Under the pieces are notes generated by a model. That model did no database searches. It was not told the origin of the DNA and saw only the letters and a program-made list of their open reading frames with translations. A program made the translations under genes and the position numbers. From IMG/VR virus record IMGVR_UViG_3300030673_000004, positions 62,001-126,000 of that record: a stretch of 64,000 nt of DNA; one strand, written 5' to 3'. Positions within the stretch are counted from its first letter, which is position 1; every line of letters begins with the position of its first letter. Below are positions 1-11,053 of this stretch, piece after piece.

Positions 1-127
1 TACTGCTCAACTCGTTGCCCGACACACAGACAAGAGCAGCCAGATTGGGAACCGCATCAAACACAATCTCCATCGCGTCGATGGTATTGTTGCGAGAACA
101 GTTCCGGCTGCGAATGATCTTGACCAT
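1..127 (-). CDS. Partial hypothetical protein running off the left edge
   Basis: ATG at 127 with a TAGGAG RBS; frame open to base 1 (MVKIIRSRNCSRNN...). Confidence 0.6.
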   Translation of the reverse strand, partial: MVKIIRSRNCSRNNTIDAMEIVFDAVPNLAALVCVSGNELSS

Positions 128-180
128 TAGATATCTCCTAAATGCTTAAGGTTGAACAAAGTAGACTAACCAACAACCAA

Positions 181-209
181 AAGATAACCAATATTTGTAT
201 AGATGTCAA
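181..209 (-). promoter_or_regulatory. sigma70-type promoter
   Basis: TTGACA-17 nt-TATCTT on the minus strand, upstream of the ATG at 127. Confidence 0.7.
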
Positions 210-226
210 GGTCCTGCTTGCTAATT

Positions 227-2863
227 CTACAGTTTTGGTGCATCTAAAGACCATACCTGAGAAATTCCACCAGCAGCCAGAGCCTCTAAAACAGAGGATC
301 CCTTAAGGAAAGCACGCCGACCGGACTCGTAAGCCACGAGGTTTCTGCTGCCAACAGACAAAAGATCTGCAGAACTAAAAGAACTAAGAGATGCTTTTGA
401 AACAAAAGCACCAGAACGAGACATCAACTTATCCCCGTCATGATACATATAGACAGAAGACGGAATAAACTTAAACAGACGGGTACCGCGACCATTTCTA
501 CGATTCTCGGGGATATCTTTAACAAGCACACGGTGTGCTTGCCCAGCAGTATCCCACGCAACAAGAGTAGAACTATCTTGAGCGCTGAAGGCATAGCGTA
601 AGCCTGTTTTTGCTAAAGGGTAGTCAGAGCCACGAGCAGACAAAGCAACCTTCACCACAAAACCATCCTCAGTCACAGCCACAATATACGAAAAAGCATG
701 GGACGCAATCCCTACAATGTTCCTAAATGTTTTGCTTTGAACGCCAGAAGCATCACTAGACACATTTAGAGCAAGACCCGAAGCATCAACCAGAGTTATC
801 CCAGAATACGATCCAACAACATACATATCCGAAGTTGTTGTTGTACGAATTGGTTGGATATCACTAAAAACACGACCGTCACGTGTGACGCCAAATGCAA
901 GGGTGTCCCCTTGAGAGACTAAAGCTGCGACAGGTGCAGCATCCGGGCGAATCTGTGTTCGACGGGCATCTTGATATTTCCGAAGCGCCTGTAACTCCCT
1001 AATAACAACCGCAGCTAAATTAGCTTTATCTGCAGTTACAGAAGCAAGAGATGCCTCCAGCTTAACAATACGACCCCTCTGTACTGTTAGGTCAGCACGA
1101 CGTAAATCACGCAAACGCAGATCTAAAATAAAACGAGCGGCCTCCTTCGTACATTTAAGAACACTACATAATTCATCTATTGATGATGATACATCACCAT
1201 CGGTAGCAAGAATCTTAACAAGGACAGAAATATTCAACATAGCAAGTAATCGAGCATTCTCAATCATCAAATCATGTTCAATCTTATCACCCTGTAGACC
1301 AAGCAGCTTGGCTTCCTCACCCTCCCGCCAAGAGATCCAAGACTTAAGCAACGTGAGAAGATTTGTCGGACGAAAAGCTATATCATCGACACTGTTACGT
1401 ACTGTAATGTTCAAGTTATAAGAACTACGCGAATGCAGAGATTTGATAACAGCATCTAAAGCAGGTTTATTATCAACACCCACATGTATCTCTTTAATCG
1501 TACCATTATTCTCATCATAAATCAAATCAAACGAACGGATCATCCGAGCTTCAGTTAAAGCTGGAATTGTCTTTTCGGCAAATTTAGTAACTCGCCAGCT
1601 ATCAGGCCAACCTACAATTTTTATAGACGTAATCTTGGGGTCAAAATCATCAGGACCCACGGTATAGTCACAAGCGTATTCTAATCGACCAGACCCGCGT
1701 TCGTAAAGAGAATAAACATCATCAGGGGATGATAAAAGAATACCACCAGAAATACAGTCAGGTCCCTGTATATGCTTAAGAACAGTACGAAGTGTTGCAG
1801 ACTCACCAGATCTAGCTACATAAATCAAAGCATCAATCACTTCTTTCAGATTATGTGATGGTAGTGTGTTTTTTAGACCAACAGCAATACCGTCAGAACC
1901 ATTAAGTAGGATCAGTGGTAGGCGTGAGCTGAAAATCAAAGGTTCTTTCAATTCATCTGAGTAGTTAGGAACCATAGGCGCAACAGACAAACAAGAAAAT
2001 ACAGAATCTGTTATAGGAGCTAACCTAACCTCGGTATAGCGTTCTGCGGCAGGTGGATCAAATTCGTTACCGAAGGACCCCTGAGGTACAACCAAAGGGT
2101 ATCGTTGAAAGGCTAGTCGAACAAGAGTTGAATACGTACTACTATGTGGATGATATTTTCCAGAACAATTATGAACCAACATACCATTTGCATAAAATTC
2201 ATGCACAGACCCTACACCTATATCATAGGTTACTTGTGGCTCAGCTACCTCAACGGACAACACAGGAACTACGTGTAGATTACAATCAAGAACATACCCA
2301 GGCACATCCAAGTCACATTTATACAAAGCCGCATTAAGATTAGGACGCACACAAACAAGATCATCAGGCTTAAGATTGGCAGCAGACACCCACGCAAAAT
2401 CCAGAGTCCTTGAACATATAACACGGAATTTTTGGTTACTAGTACAGGTCACCAAAGAACCCGAGGAAAGCTTTACCTGCAATAAAGTCTTTTCAGGCTG
2501 CTCAAATAAACCAGTCACAGGCTGTACACCTGTTGATGTACATACTAAAGAACCAAGAACTAAATCTTCTATAGGCACAAGCCCCGTAGGCGTAGAAACT
2601 AAAGTCCCGGCGACAAAACAATCTCCGGTCACACGCGCACTCTTTTTGAAGCATTTATCTGGTAAAGCACCAAGTTCATACATAGAATACAAAATACGAC
2701 GTTGCGCAGGCTTTAGGCCATCACGATACTCGGGAATGGCCCTATCCTCAATTACATGGCAGCCATAACGATACATGGAAGATCTAACAAAATGCCCAAT
2801 CTTCTGCTCTGTGATATCATTATCAGAAATAACACACTTTGGAGCTTTAGCTTTAGATCTCAT
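227..2863 (-). CDS. gyrA: Type IIA topoisomerase/gyrase subunit A, intein-containing
   Basis: [47 protein letters not shown] (catalytic Tyr), GIAVG..T.LPSHNL, HIQGPD. Gyrase versus Topo IV cannot be resolved. Confidence 0.95.
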   Translation of the reverse strand: MRSKAKAPKCVISDNDITEQKIGHFVRSSMYRYGCHVIEDRAIPEYRDGLKPAQRRILYSMYELGALPDKCFKKSARVTGDCFVAGTLVSTPTGLVPIEDLVLGSLVCTSTGVQPVTGLFEQPEKTLLQVKLSSGSLVTCTSNQKFRVICSRTLDFAWVSAANLKPDDLVCVRPNLNAALYKCDLDVPGYVLDCNLHVVPVLSVEVAEPQVTYDIGVGSVHEFYANGMLVHNCSGKYHPHSSTYSTLVRLAFQRYPLVVPQGSFGNEFDPPAAERYTEVRLAPITDSVFSCLSVAPMVPNYSDELKEPLIFSSRLPLILLNGSDGIAVGLKNTLPSHNLKEVIDALIYVARSGESATLRTVLKHIQGPDCISGGILLSSPDDVYSLYERGSGRLEYACDYTVGPDDFDPKITSIKIVGWPDSWRVTKFAEKTIPALTEARMIRSFDLIYDENNGTIKEIHVGVDNKPALDAVIKSLHSRSSYNLNITVRNSVDDIAFRPTNLLTLLKSWISWREGEEAKLLGLQGDKIEHDLMIENARLLAMLNISVLVKILATDGDVSSSIDELCSVLKCTKEAARFILDLRLRDLRRADLTVQRGRIVKLEASLASVTADKANLAAVVIRELQALRKYQDARRTQIRPDAAPVAALVSQGDTLAFGVTRDGRVFSDIQPIRTTTTSDMYVVGSYSGITLVDASGLALNVSSDASGVQSKTFRNIVGIASHAFSYIVAVTEDGFVVKVALSARGSDYPLAKTGLRYAFSAQDSSTLVAWDTAGQAHRVLVKDIPENRRNGRGTRLFKFIPSSVYMYHDGDKLMSRSGAFVSKASLSSFSSADLLSVGSRNLVAYESGRRAFLKGSSVLEALAAGGISQVWSLDAPKL
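2168..2620 (-). mobile_element. Mini-intein (151 aa, no homing endonuclease) in gyrA
   Basis: Starts CFVAGTLV (block A) at aa 82 and has TSNQKF (block B-like), VTYDIGV (block F) and [12 protein letters not shown] (block G) ending at aa 232; +1 residue is Cys. Confidence 0.92.
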
Positions 2864-4785
2864 ACAGCATCACCATCTTCCTCGGTATCACCAGCGTCAA
2901 TTCCCAACAATTCACGACGATACTGAACTTCACTACCCATCATGTGATCTATTTCCATATCATCATCGTCATCAATAGTCAACCGCACAAGTCTACGTTT
3001 TGAAGGATCCATTGCAATCAGTCTCAGTTGATCCGGACGAAGCTCTCCCCAGCCTTTAGCTCTAGTCAAAAGTACGCTACTTCGAGGCGTTGCCTTGAAC
3101 TGAGAATACACGTCATCAGGAGTATCACCAAAAAACTTTTGGTCCTTATATGAACCTAAGTACAAAGGAGCATTTATAAAATATACGCGACCCTGCTCAA
3201 CCCAGGGACGAAAGTATAAAACAAAAAGAGCAGAAAGTAACGATGCAATGTGATATCCATCATCATCAGCATCAGTCAACATGGCAATCTTACCTACCCT
3301 GCCCTTAGATGGGTCACAACGAGAACCAACAGGCGTACCTATTGTTGTAATAATATCCATCACAGAGGGACTCTTAAGAACTTTAGCCAAAGATACCCTA
3401 CCTGTATTTAAGATCTTACCACGAATGGGTAGTATCTCCTGCCAATCAAAAGATGCAGGTTTTGCTGTGGTCCCCGCACTATCACCCTCAACGATAATAA
3501 GTTCACGATCCTCAGGACGAACCCAAGGCTTAGCTTGCTTAAGCTTTATAGGAAGATCAACACGAGCATCGCGTGCAACAATCTTCATAGATTTCACAGC
3601 TTTATTATCTTCAGATAACCGAGTAAAATTAGACTGAAATCTTTGAGATCTATCTAAGATAGCTTTAACAAGAGTCTTATTACGGGTAAAGAACTCAATA
3701 AGAGCAGGCTCTAACATATCACGAATAGGCTTAACTACGTCAGGACTCATTAATTTATTCTTTGTCTGACCCTCATAGACAGGATCCTGCATCTTAATCT
3801 GAATAGCAGCACGTAAACCAAACACTAGAAAACGAGCATCAATATCAACCTTACTATCCGTATTTACTGCTGAGGCTAAAGCAGCCTTCAAAGCACTGAC
3901 ATGAAAACCTGCCTCTTTTGTAAACGAGGAATTACAGTACGAACGTATATCAATTAAATCATTATCATACCAACATAGAGCCACAGACAAAGAAATCTGA
4001 CACTTAGCATAAGATTCTATCAAAGCAGCTCGTGAATCTAAAACAGATGCCTCTAAGAAGAAGGGCTTGCCTAAAGCATCGGGTTCTTCATCACAAGATG
4101 AAACAAAATCAAGCATACCCCGCGATGATTTGTAAGTAGTTGAAACACCATCAACAACAACATCTAAAGTTAAACCAGGATTTAGATATGAAAGATCCCG
4201 AGCTTCTTCTTGCAACCTATCCAAACTAGGATGATAATCAGCAAATAATACTTTATCTAACCGAAACGCAATCACAGTACCGCACCCAAGGCTAATATTC
4301 TTATCAGGCACAGTTTTCTTTATATCACCTAAGGCCATGCCTTGACAAAAACTCTGATAATGCCATCTATTTGAACGAAAAGTCCAAAAAGCGAAATACT
4401 CAGACAAAGCATTTGTAGCCGAGGCACCAACACCGTTCATGCCAGAAGATGTTTTATAGCTATCAGCATCAAATTTAGCACCAGCATGAATACGAGTAAA
4501 CACCGTAGTAGCTGCAGGGAGACCTGTTGCTTCATGAATATCTACAGGTATGCCACGCCCCTTGTCTGCAACATAAAATGTCCACGTAGTTGTATCAACC
4601 GTGATTTTAATATAATCACCATGGCCATCTAAGTACTCATCAATAGCGTTATCAATAACCTCACGAAGACATCGAAAAGCACCCTCATGCTCGGTAGAAC
4701 CAACATACATACCAGGTCGTCTACGAATAGCTTCAGGGAAATCAAGAACACGAATAGACTTAGCTGAGTATTTATCAGCAGGCAT
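2860..4785 (-). CDS. gyrB: Type IIA topoisomerase/gyrase subunit B
   Basis: [87 protein letters not shown]. Confidence 0.95.
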   Translation of the reverse strand: MPADKYSAKSIRVLDFPEAIRRRPGMYVGSTEHEGAFRCLREVIDNAIDEYLDGHGDYIKITVDTTTWTFYVADKGRGIPVDIHEATGLPAATTVFTRIHAGAKFDADSYKTSSGMNGVGASATNALSEYFAFWTFRSNRWHYQSFCQGMALGDIKKTVPDKNISLGCGTVIAFRLDKVLFADYHPSLDRLQEEARDLSYLNPGLTLDVVVDGVSTTYKSSRGMLDFVSSCDEEPDALGKPFFLEASVLDSRAALIESYAKCQISLSVALCWYDNDLIDIRSYCNSSFTKEAGFHVSALKAALASAVNTDSKVDIDARFLVFGLRAAIQIKMQDPVYEGQTKNKLMSPDVVKPIRDMLEPALIEFFTRNKTLVKAILDRSQRFQSNFTRLSEDNKAVKSMKIVARDARVDLPIKLKQAKPWVRPEDRELIIVEGDSAGTTAKPASFDWQEILPIRGKILNTGRVSLAKVLKSPSVMDIITTIGTPVGSRCDPSKGRVGKIAMLTDADDDGYHIASLLSALFVLYFRPWVEQGRVYFINAPLYLGSYKDQKFFGDTPDDVYSQFKATPRSSVLLTRAKGWGELRPDQLRLIAMDPSKRRLVRLTIDDDDDMEIDHMMGSEVQYRRELLGIDAGDTEEDGDAV

Positions 4786-4804
4786 ATATCTCCTTAAAAG
4801 CTAG

Positions 4805-5548
4805 TTATCTGACACGAAGAGCAGGTATAGTAAATACCTGAGTTAGATCATGTACATTTGTAACAATGATCTCTTCTCCAGATTTACGTTGAAAACCAAC
4901 AACGCGAACCTGAATCGGCCTACCAGCTTTTCTAACAGAAATAACGTCACCTAACTGATATCCAAAGCGCTCTCCATGCTTTTTTGCCAAGAACGAGCGA
5001 TGAACTTCAAAACCAACAACAGAAGTCTCTTCAAAAGATAACGAATCTAACTGTTCTATAATTTCGGCCACAGCGGCAGGAGCTTGATCATGATCTAATA
5101 AAAAAGCGTCACAACCAGACTGATCGGCCTGAGGTATAAATTCCTCAAGAGGGAGTGTAACAGGAATTGGCTGCTCTGTAAGGGTCAAACGAGGACAGTG
5201 CTCCCGCTGTTTCAAATCACCCATAAACACAGCGTCACGCCTTCTCGGATCATTCCACGAAAGAAACTTAATGCAGGAGCCACAAAAAAAGCCAAAAGGA
5301 ACATCACGTTTATCTGGACCAGCATCAAAATAGCGCAAGTCTAAAGAACTAACATCATGACAAGGCACTGCGTCTGGAACATGATCTTTAGATATTTCGT
5401 CATCTACAAGAACGGACGTATCTTTAACACCCATCCTACGAGATAAAGCTGCAAGCTTTGACAAGGTATCGGTAGTGCTAACACCTTCAGCAGAAGTAGG
5501 TGTTAGCACTAATCCAGGTCTAGGACGGGGAAAGGCTGATGGTAACAT
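4805..5548 (-). CDS. Hypothetical protein
   Basis: 247-aa ORF packed in the minus-strand gene run. Confidence 0.65.
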   Translation of the reverse strand: MLPSAFPRPRPGLVLTPTSAEGVSTTDTLSKLAALSRRMGVKDTSVLVDDEISKDHVPDAVPCHDVSSLDLRYFDAGPDKRDVPFGFFCGSCIKFLSWNDPRRRDAVFMGDLKQREHCPRLTLTEQPIPVTLPLEEFIPQADQSGCDAFLLDHDQAPAAVAEIIEQLDSLSFEETSVVGFEVHRSFLAKKHGERFGYQLGDVISVRKAGRPIQVRVVGFQRKSGEEIIVTNVHDLTQVFTIPALRVR

Positions 5549-6257
5549 TACGAACCGCCATGGCGTCTAAAGAGCTGTAGCGCTCAATAAAATTTGCTTC
5601 CAACAAACGACGCCTACGGAATGATTTTTTACAGGATCCTCTGTATGAAATACCCTTGCGCTTTAACAAACACGCAATTTCCTTAGACGACATATCCTTT
5701 AATTTACGTCTATCCTCAGGAAGATGACCGGTATGATAAGCATAGCTTAACAGTGAAGCCTGCGCAGCCGGGGAACATGCATGTAATTCGTCTCCATGAA
5801 CACTCTGCCAAATAAGAGCCAAGGCACGCCTGAAAACAGCACGCTGTGTGCTATCTGATAGCTTTATATGCGTATCATGGACCCAACGACGAGCATGAGC
5901 ACCTCGATATTTAGAGGCATGCACAATAGACTTCAAAGTAGATGGAGATACCAACCCAACAAAAATAGCCTGAACATTATCAGATCCAAGAGCGTTCAGG
6001 TCTACACCACAACTAATTGTCGGGCCACTCCGATGAGAAGGCACAATAAATGTATCAGTACACCCCTCAAGCAGAACAATCAAAGAACTGTCCGGAAGAG
6101 GAAATGTATCTAAAGGATTAACATCTTGCACGAGTACAGGCTTCTTTGGAACACCAGGGGCCAAAGAAACATGAAAAACTCTTTCTGCTCTAGGACTATG
6201 AAATGAAGATGATACGAGCATAGCCACAACGGGCACACAAATAGCAAATCTACGCAC
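5520..6257 (-). CDS. Putative pesticin-C/T4-lysozyme-like muramidase with N-terminal hydrophobic signal
   Basis: LLEG...SGPTISCGVDL pattern, LLSYAYHTG, C-terminal RRRLLEANF; hydrophobic N-terminus. Confidence 0.6.
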   Translation of the reverse strand: MRRFAICVPVVAMLVSSSFHSPRAERVFHVSLAPGVPKKPVLVQDVNPLDTFPLPDSSLIVLLEGCTDTFIVPSHRSGPTISCGVDLNALGSDNVQAIFVGLVSPSTLKSIVHASKYRGAHARRWVHDTHIKLSDSTQRAVFRRALALIWQSVHGDELHACSPAAQASLLSYAYHTGHLPEDRRKLKDMSSKEIACLLKRKGISYRGSCKKSFRRRRLLEANFIERYSSLDAMAVRNVTISLSPS

Positions 6258-6364
6258 AAATTTCCTTCCTGTCGTGCAGGCAGCTCTGTAACCGGGAACA
6301 CACCGCCTACAGACCGACCTCCTTAGTACCTAATTATTAAAGGCGTTAATGGGTGAGTGTACAA

Positions 6365-6398
6365 ATATAAAAGAGGTTGTCACTTCTGGCAACCTCTT
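6365..6398 (-). terminator. Probable intrinsic terminator
   Basis: AAGAGGTTG / CAACCTCTT 9-bp inverted repeat followed by a T-rich run on the minus strand. Confidence 0.55.
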
Positions 6399-6430
6399 AA
6401 ATTAAGTTATCTATACCAAAACGATAAGAG

Positions 6431-6925
6431 TCAAACAGAATTACGCTGTCTCAACGAGTAGATCGTATGATAGGGCTGCCCCAGTTCCTGGGCTATCTGC
6501 ATTGTCGTCATACCTTTGGCAACTAATTCAAGCACTCGTGGAAGTTCTTCAGAGGGCTTCTTACGCGCCTTAGACGTACCGGAGATCAACCTACTGCGAC
6601 GAGGCACCCGCAGGCGATTTTGACGGCAGTAATGGTCTACATAGGAAAAATCACGACCAACCTCAGAAGCAATCTCACCGACGGTACGACCTTCAGTAGC
6701 TAACGCCTCAATACGTTGATGAAGTTGTGAAATGCTCTCTTGTCGAAAGATACCGTAGCTCTGAACAATCTGACGAACACGCTCACGGGACAAGGAAACG
6801 CAGCACCCAATATCGTCATAAGTAGCACCACTCTTAGCTAGTGCTAATATAAAAGAATCTCGCGAATAGCTACTAGAAGCGCTACCACCAGAAGAGTCTA
6901 CCCTATTCTTATCAAGTGTATCCAT
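6431..6925 (-). CDS. Multi-HTH DNA-binding protein
   Basis: GATYDDIGCCVSLSRERVRQI (sigma region 4-like HTH) plus two further HTH-like segments (GRTVGEIASEVG, GMTTMQIAQELG). Confidence 0.75.
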   Translation of the reverse strand: MDTLDKNRVDSSGGSASSSYSRDSFILALAKSGATYDDIGCCVSLSRERVRQIVQSYGIFRQESISQLHQRIEALATEGRTVGEIASEVGRDFSYVDHYCRQNRLRVPRRSRLISGTSKARKKPSEELPRVLELVAKGMTTMQIAQELGQPYHTIYSLRQRNSV

Positions 6926-6969
6926 GATTACCCCAAAATAGATGTTGCACTAAAATACCAGTAACATAT

Positions 6970-6998
6970 AAAATACACTTTTTATGTGTGATTGTCAA
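6970..6998 (-). promoter_or_regulatory. sigma70 promoter with palindromic-spacer variant
   Basis: TTGACA-17-TATTTT; contains ACACA-N7-TGTAT. Confidence 0.6.
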
Positions 6999-7528
6999 GA
7001 GCAATTATGCTTGTATGCCTGAATGGGCAAACCCGTATAACGAGACACATACGAGGCACCAACCGGAAAAAATCCAAGATTATTAACCAGGTGGATAGAA
7101 GAGTTATTTGTAGTATGAACAGTTGAATACATATCCTTAGTGGGTATATAATCAAGCAGCATATTACACATAGTCGTGGCTATATGTTTACCGGCGTAAT
7201 CTGGTGCGACAACCACATAGCCAAGTTCTATAACATTTGGACAATTCTGTAATAACCAAACATAAAACAAAGAGGAGCGTCTAAAAAGAGCACGAGAAGA
7301 TGTTTGTGACAAAAATTTTAATGAGGCTGTACCAACAATACGAGACCCCTCCTTAGCTAAAACAATAAAGCTAGATCTCTGCATAAAATGATCATAATAC
7401 TCTTGGAGCGAAGCATTCGCAGCAAGAACACCCAAAAGTGTACGAGAGCCAGATCTAATCAACTGCATAACATGGAGTGCTGATAGGGCATCCAGACTAT
7501 CCGTAGGAACAAGAAAATATGTCACCAT
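6995..7528 (-). CDS. GNAT-family acetyltransferase
   Basis: ELGYVVVAPDYAGKHIAT (motif A), NNSSIHLVNNLGF (motif B). Confidence 0.75.
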   Translation of the reverse strand: MVTYFLVPTDSLDALSALHVMQLIRSGSRTLLGVLAANASLQEYYDHFMQRSSFIVLAKEGSRIVGTASLKFLSQTSSRALFRRSSLFYVWLLQNCPNVIELGYVVVAPDYAGKHIATTMCNMLLDYIPTKDMYSTVHTTNNSSIHLVNNLGFFPVGASYVSRYTGLPIQAYKHNCS

Positions 7529-8136
7529 TACGCACCGACCGATCTTACGTACACAACAAGATACCCATTGTCCTGTTTAACAGTACGAAAATGACTAAAC
7601 GCAGACATCTCACCAAAGGGTATCTGTGATGATAAAAAATTCCTCTTATGCTCCGTGGCCTGCTGAAAAGCACAATCAACGGATGAGTCAGACAACAAGG
7701 AATCACTACTAGCAGTACAGGAAAAAACATAATGATATCTAGTACCAACAAAAATAGACAGATTACGATACACGTCAAAAAATGTTGTCAGGGATGTCTT
7801 AATTAAAAAGACATTAAATGACAAAAAACCCAGCTTTATTTGGGCAATAGATCTAAACAAGGCAAAAACAAAACAAAAGCTTTCAGAAAAACAACAAAAA
7901 GCCAAATCATAAAACCCATACACGGCTAGAGCACCTTGACGCAGTTGCACAGAATGCGAGGAGGAACACAAATAAGGACGCCCCTCTGAACTATACAGAA
8001 AACATGAATGAAACAGCAGTAAACAAACCTTAGAAAGGAAACCACGAAAATCACGAATATGTACTACAAGGAGCACCTTGTGCAGGTACTCCCGTGAGAT
8101 AAACAACGGAAACAAGTAAACAGACTCAAAAGACAA
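7528..8136 (-). CDS. Hypothetical membrane protein
   Basis: TTG start preceded by an AGGAGG RBS; hydrophobic segments. Confidence 0.5.
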   Translation of the reverse strand: MSFESVYLFPLFISREYLHKVLLVVHIRDFRGFLSKVCLLLFHSCFLYSSEGRPYLCSSSHSVQLRQGALAVYGFYDLAFCCFSESFCFVFALFRSIAQIKLGFLSFNVFLIKTSLTTFFDVYRNLSIFVGTRYHYVFSCTASSDSLLSDSSVDCAFQQATEHKRNFLSSQIPFGEMSAFSHFRTVKQDNGYLVVYVRSVGA

Positions 8137-8139
8137 ATT

Positions 8140-8934
8140 CTACCCCCTCCTCAGGATTGAGAGCAGATTAAGCCCATGATCCAAAGCGCCACCAACAAAA
8201 TGATTAATAGCACGCAGAAAGATCTTCTGCACTACCAAAAAACCCTGGAAACCGCAAAAAACAAAAAGAACCACCAACAGATCTCTTGGAGCATCTCCAG
8301 AAAAATTCATGGTCTCGTGCAAATACAGCAACTGAGCACCAAGGGACAAACCAGAAGGAACCTGAGTTAGGGCAACCAAAGAATGGACATACAGAAAGAT
8401 CAAAGGAAATACCACAGATCCACCAACAAAAAAGAACATAGTCTTAGACGCAAGAGCATGCATCAAAAGATAGCCACGGACAGTCTGTTTGTCATCAGGA
8501 TCTACCGAAACCTTATAGCAGTAGGGCATAAAATTGCGGTCATTATAAATAGCTGAATCTAAATTTTCGGCTGCAAACTCAGCCATCCGCGATTCTTCTG
8601 TCTCAGGAGCAACCACAGTATGAGGAACGTCAGGTAGTTCAACACAGGACTCAGACGAAGATCCAGAGCAAGCAAGCAACGTTGACGAATGAAGTCCTGC
8701 CATCTTGGCTACCTGCATATAGTTCATACCGAAACAAGCGTCTACATGCTTCATGCAGTAACTAACAATAACACCACTTTTGATACCCAAATCATTACGA
8801 AGAAATGCTAAGATATCAGTATCAGACATACCAGGACAGACTTCCCGCGTCTTTTCCATAAGAGAAGTTTCCCACGAAGAACGCTCAATATCCTCAAACA
8901 TTTCCTGATCAAGAGCATCATTCGTAGTTGACAT
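8140..8934 (-). CDS. Hypothetical membrane protein
   Basis: ATG with a TAGGAG RBS downstream of two promoters; C-terminal hydrophobic helices. Confidence 0.7.
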   Translation of the reverse strand: MSTTNDALDQEMFEDIERSSWETSLMEKTREVCPGMSDTDILAFLRNDLGIKSGVIVSYCMKHVDACFGMNYMQVAKMAGLHSSTLLACSGSSSESCVELPDVPHTVVAPETEESRMAEFAAENLDSAIYNDRNFMPYCYKVSVDPDDKQTVRGYLLMHALASKTMFFFVGGSVVFPLIFLYVHSLVALTQVPSGLSLGAQLLYLHETMNFSGDAPRDLLVVLFVFCGFQGFLVVQKIFLRAINHFVGGALDHGLNLLSILRRG

Positions 8935-8973
8935 TGTATACTCCTAGAAAGACGACCAAACTGACCTATCTTT

Positions 8974-9002
8974 AATATACATTAACTTTGTATAAAAGTC
9001 AA
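8974..9002 (-). promoter_or_regulatory. sigma70 promoter with ATACA-N7-TGTAT palindrome
   Basis: TTGACT-tttatacaaagttaatg-TATATT. Confidence 0.75.
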
Positions 9003-9115
9003 GTAGTTTTGCTCAAGTTTGCATAGTTTTGCGTAGATTTATTGGAGCAGCTACGAACCCTATCATATGATTTAGCAGCAAACTTCATGACAGCCTCTTA
9101 ACTAAGTATACAAAC

Positions 9116-9144
9116 GATATACATTAATTTTGCATATTTGTAAA
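9116..9144 (-). promoter_or_regulatory. sigma70 promoter, same spacer family
   Basis: TTTACA-aatatgcaaaattaatg-TATATC. Confidence 0.6.
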
Positions 9145-9200
9145 ATAATAAAAAGCACAGGTACAATATGCACCTGCGCTCCATTTACACAAGCAAAAAC

Positions 9201-9956
9201 TTAATTTTTACCGTAGATCATCTCGCCGTTTTCAAACACAAGCAAAGAACCAGAAGAGATTGGTTCCCATGCCTTATTTTGTGTAAGACCATGAGTAGTG
9301 ACAACATAACCAGTCAGAGGCTCATCTGATGGCTCTGCATCAGCGATAGTACCATCAGCGAGGAGGGGCTCAACAGGGCAAATATCCAGCCCAAAAGCAC
9401 TACCCTTATCCTTGTAAACAAAAGTACAGGCCCCATCGCTGAACACGAGATTCATGTTCCCATCATCGTTGAAAGTACGGAGAAAGGACTCAAGCTCAGT
9501 AAAATTGTAAAAATCAAGATCCAACTGATGCAAAACAGTAGCGACAGAGCAAAGCAATTGCTCTGAATCAGTCTCGCCCTTGACCGGGTATGTCAGCTTG
9601 TTAGGTTCAATCAATCCAAAAAGTGTACCATTATGAGCAAACACCCAATGATGCTCACGATAATCCAACTCAAAAGGATGTGTGTTTAGAAGAGTATGAC
9701 TGCCACAAGAAGCAAACCGAACATGACCCAAAACAATATCAGAAACCCAAGTAGGATCAGTCGCAATCTTAGTTGCGGCTGCACTTGTAACAGCACTAAC
9801 AGGCTCTTTAGCGATATCCCACACATTACCGCCAACACGATTGACCCGAGCAAATCCCCATCCGTGAGGATTACCCTTAGCACGAGCCTGAAACAACGGC
9901 ATAATACCATTCAGGCGAGCAGCCTTGTTGAAATTCATAGCAAGAAGCTCACACAT
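9201..9956 (-). CDS. Class II glutamine amidotransferase (YafJ/EgtC-like)
   Basis: Start re-set to MCELL (N-terminal Cys nucleophile); NPHGWG, GHVRFAS, NTHPF, FAHNGTL, GETDSE. Confidence 0.88.
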   Translation of the reverse strand: MCELLAMNFNKAARLNGIMPLFQARAKGNPHGWGFARVNRVGGNVWDIAKEPVSAVTSAAATKIATDPTWVSDIVLGHVRFASCGSHTLLNTHPFELDYREHHWVFAHNGTLFGLIEPNKLTYPVKGETDSEQLLCSVATVLHQLDLDFYNFTELESFLRTFNDDGNMNLVFSDGACTFVYKDKGSAFGLDICPVEPLLADGTIADAEPSDEPLTGYVVTTHGLTQNKAWEPISSGSLLVFENGEMIYGKN

Positions 9957-10011
9957 AGCAAATCTTTCGGTTGAGAGTTCTAATACAATATACGAAAAAC
10001 ATGTACGTTTG

Positions 10012-10773
10012 TCAAGGCTCGGGAAGCGCAGATACAAAAGCATCTCGAAGAACCGAGTCTGTTATAGAGGCATCAGAACACAACAACGCCTTAGTCTCGT
10101 CAAACGCATTTCGTACTGTGTCTTGAACAGCCTGAAGCACAATAGGATCCATAACACGGAAAGATGTGCCAGACACTTGCGGACATATACGCTGTATATG
10201 TGACATTATGGAAAGTAAACAAAAACTACTCAGATGATTCGCAGAATCTATAGCAAAATCATAAAGCCAAGCATACACCGATTGATAAATACGCTCTGAC
10301 ACAAATAAAACAGTAGGATCCAACGCACCGTGCGGACGTAACAGAGCCATCACGATATTAAAAGAACATTGTAGAGCTAAAGGCAAATCAGATATTGAAT
10401 TAGAACAAAAACCAACTAAAGCATCTCTCAAGATCTGAACTAAAGATATACCAGTACTAGTAGAATATGGGCTCAGATCACACATATGTGGAAATAGAGG
10501 CTGCTCTAACAAATCAGGAGTAGCACAAGCAGCAAAAACAATATAAGTAGGATCAGTAGTACCCAAATCAGCCTCAGCAACAAAATTAGATGCACCTATG
10601 CGAACATGAGAAAAATGAGAAGCTATCTGAGGATCAACAGAGGATAAATAAACAGATTTATACAAAAACAATAAAACATTAGCATAAGCACAATCAGATA
10701 CACTAAGAAAATATAGTTCATCCCCATCTGTATGCATCCCAGCAAAATGCAAACTCATGTTTTGGTCATACAC
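10012..10773 (-). CDS. Hypothetical protein
   Basis: 253-aa ORF in the gene run; no recognised motif. Confidence 0.6.
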   Translation of the reverse strand: MYDQNMSLHFAGMHTDGDELYFLSVSDCAYANVLLFLYKSVYLSSVDPQIASHFSHVRIGASNFVAEADLGTTDPTYIVFAACATPDLLEQPLFPHMCDLSPYSTSTGISLVQILRDALVGFCSNSISDLPLALQCSFNIVMALLRPHGALDPTVLFVSERIYQSVYAWLYDFAIDSANHLSSFCLLSIMSHIQRICPQVSGTSFRVMDPIVLQAVQDTVRNAFDETKALLCSDASITDSVLRDAFVSALPEP

Positions 10774-10870
10774 AAAAGCAGACCTGCTGGAATCAAGAGA
10801 AAAACAATAATCTGTAGAGTGACTTAGAGTAACATCCTGATACTCAAGCGAGGGAGTAGGAGAATCATAC

Positions 10871-10911
10871 TCCTGTTTGTATTGAGGTGTTCCACCTCAA
10901 TACAAACAGGA
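10871..10911. repeat. Perfect 19-bp inverted repeat with 3-nt loop
   Basis: TCCTGTTTGTATTGAGGTG-TTC-CACCTCAATACAAACAGGA in an intergenic gap. Confidence 0.95.
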
Positions 10912-11053
10912 CGCAGAACAAATAAATGCTCATGCGCCCTATTAGAACTACCGTCAGGATTAAAGGATAAAACATTACGGCTGTACTTAGTTAGTCTCAA
11001 AGCAAGTAAGTGCATCCTTTAATAATACAACACCTCTGCCATAAATGCAAGGA

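Noticed and set aside
7528-8934. Two ORFs in the same frame separated by one TAG, suggesting amber recoding
   Set aside because: The downstream TTG has its own AGGAGG RBS, many genes end cleanly at TAG, and no CTA-anticodon tRNA was found.
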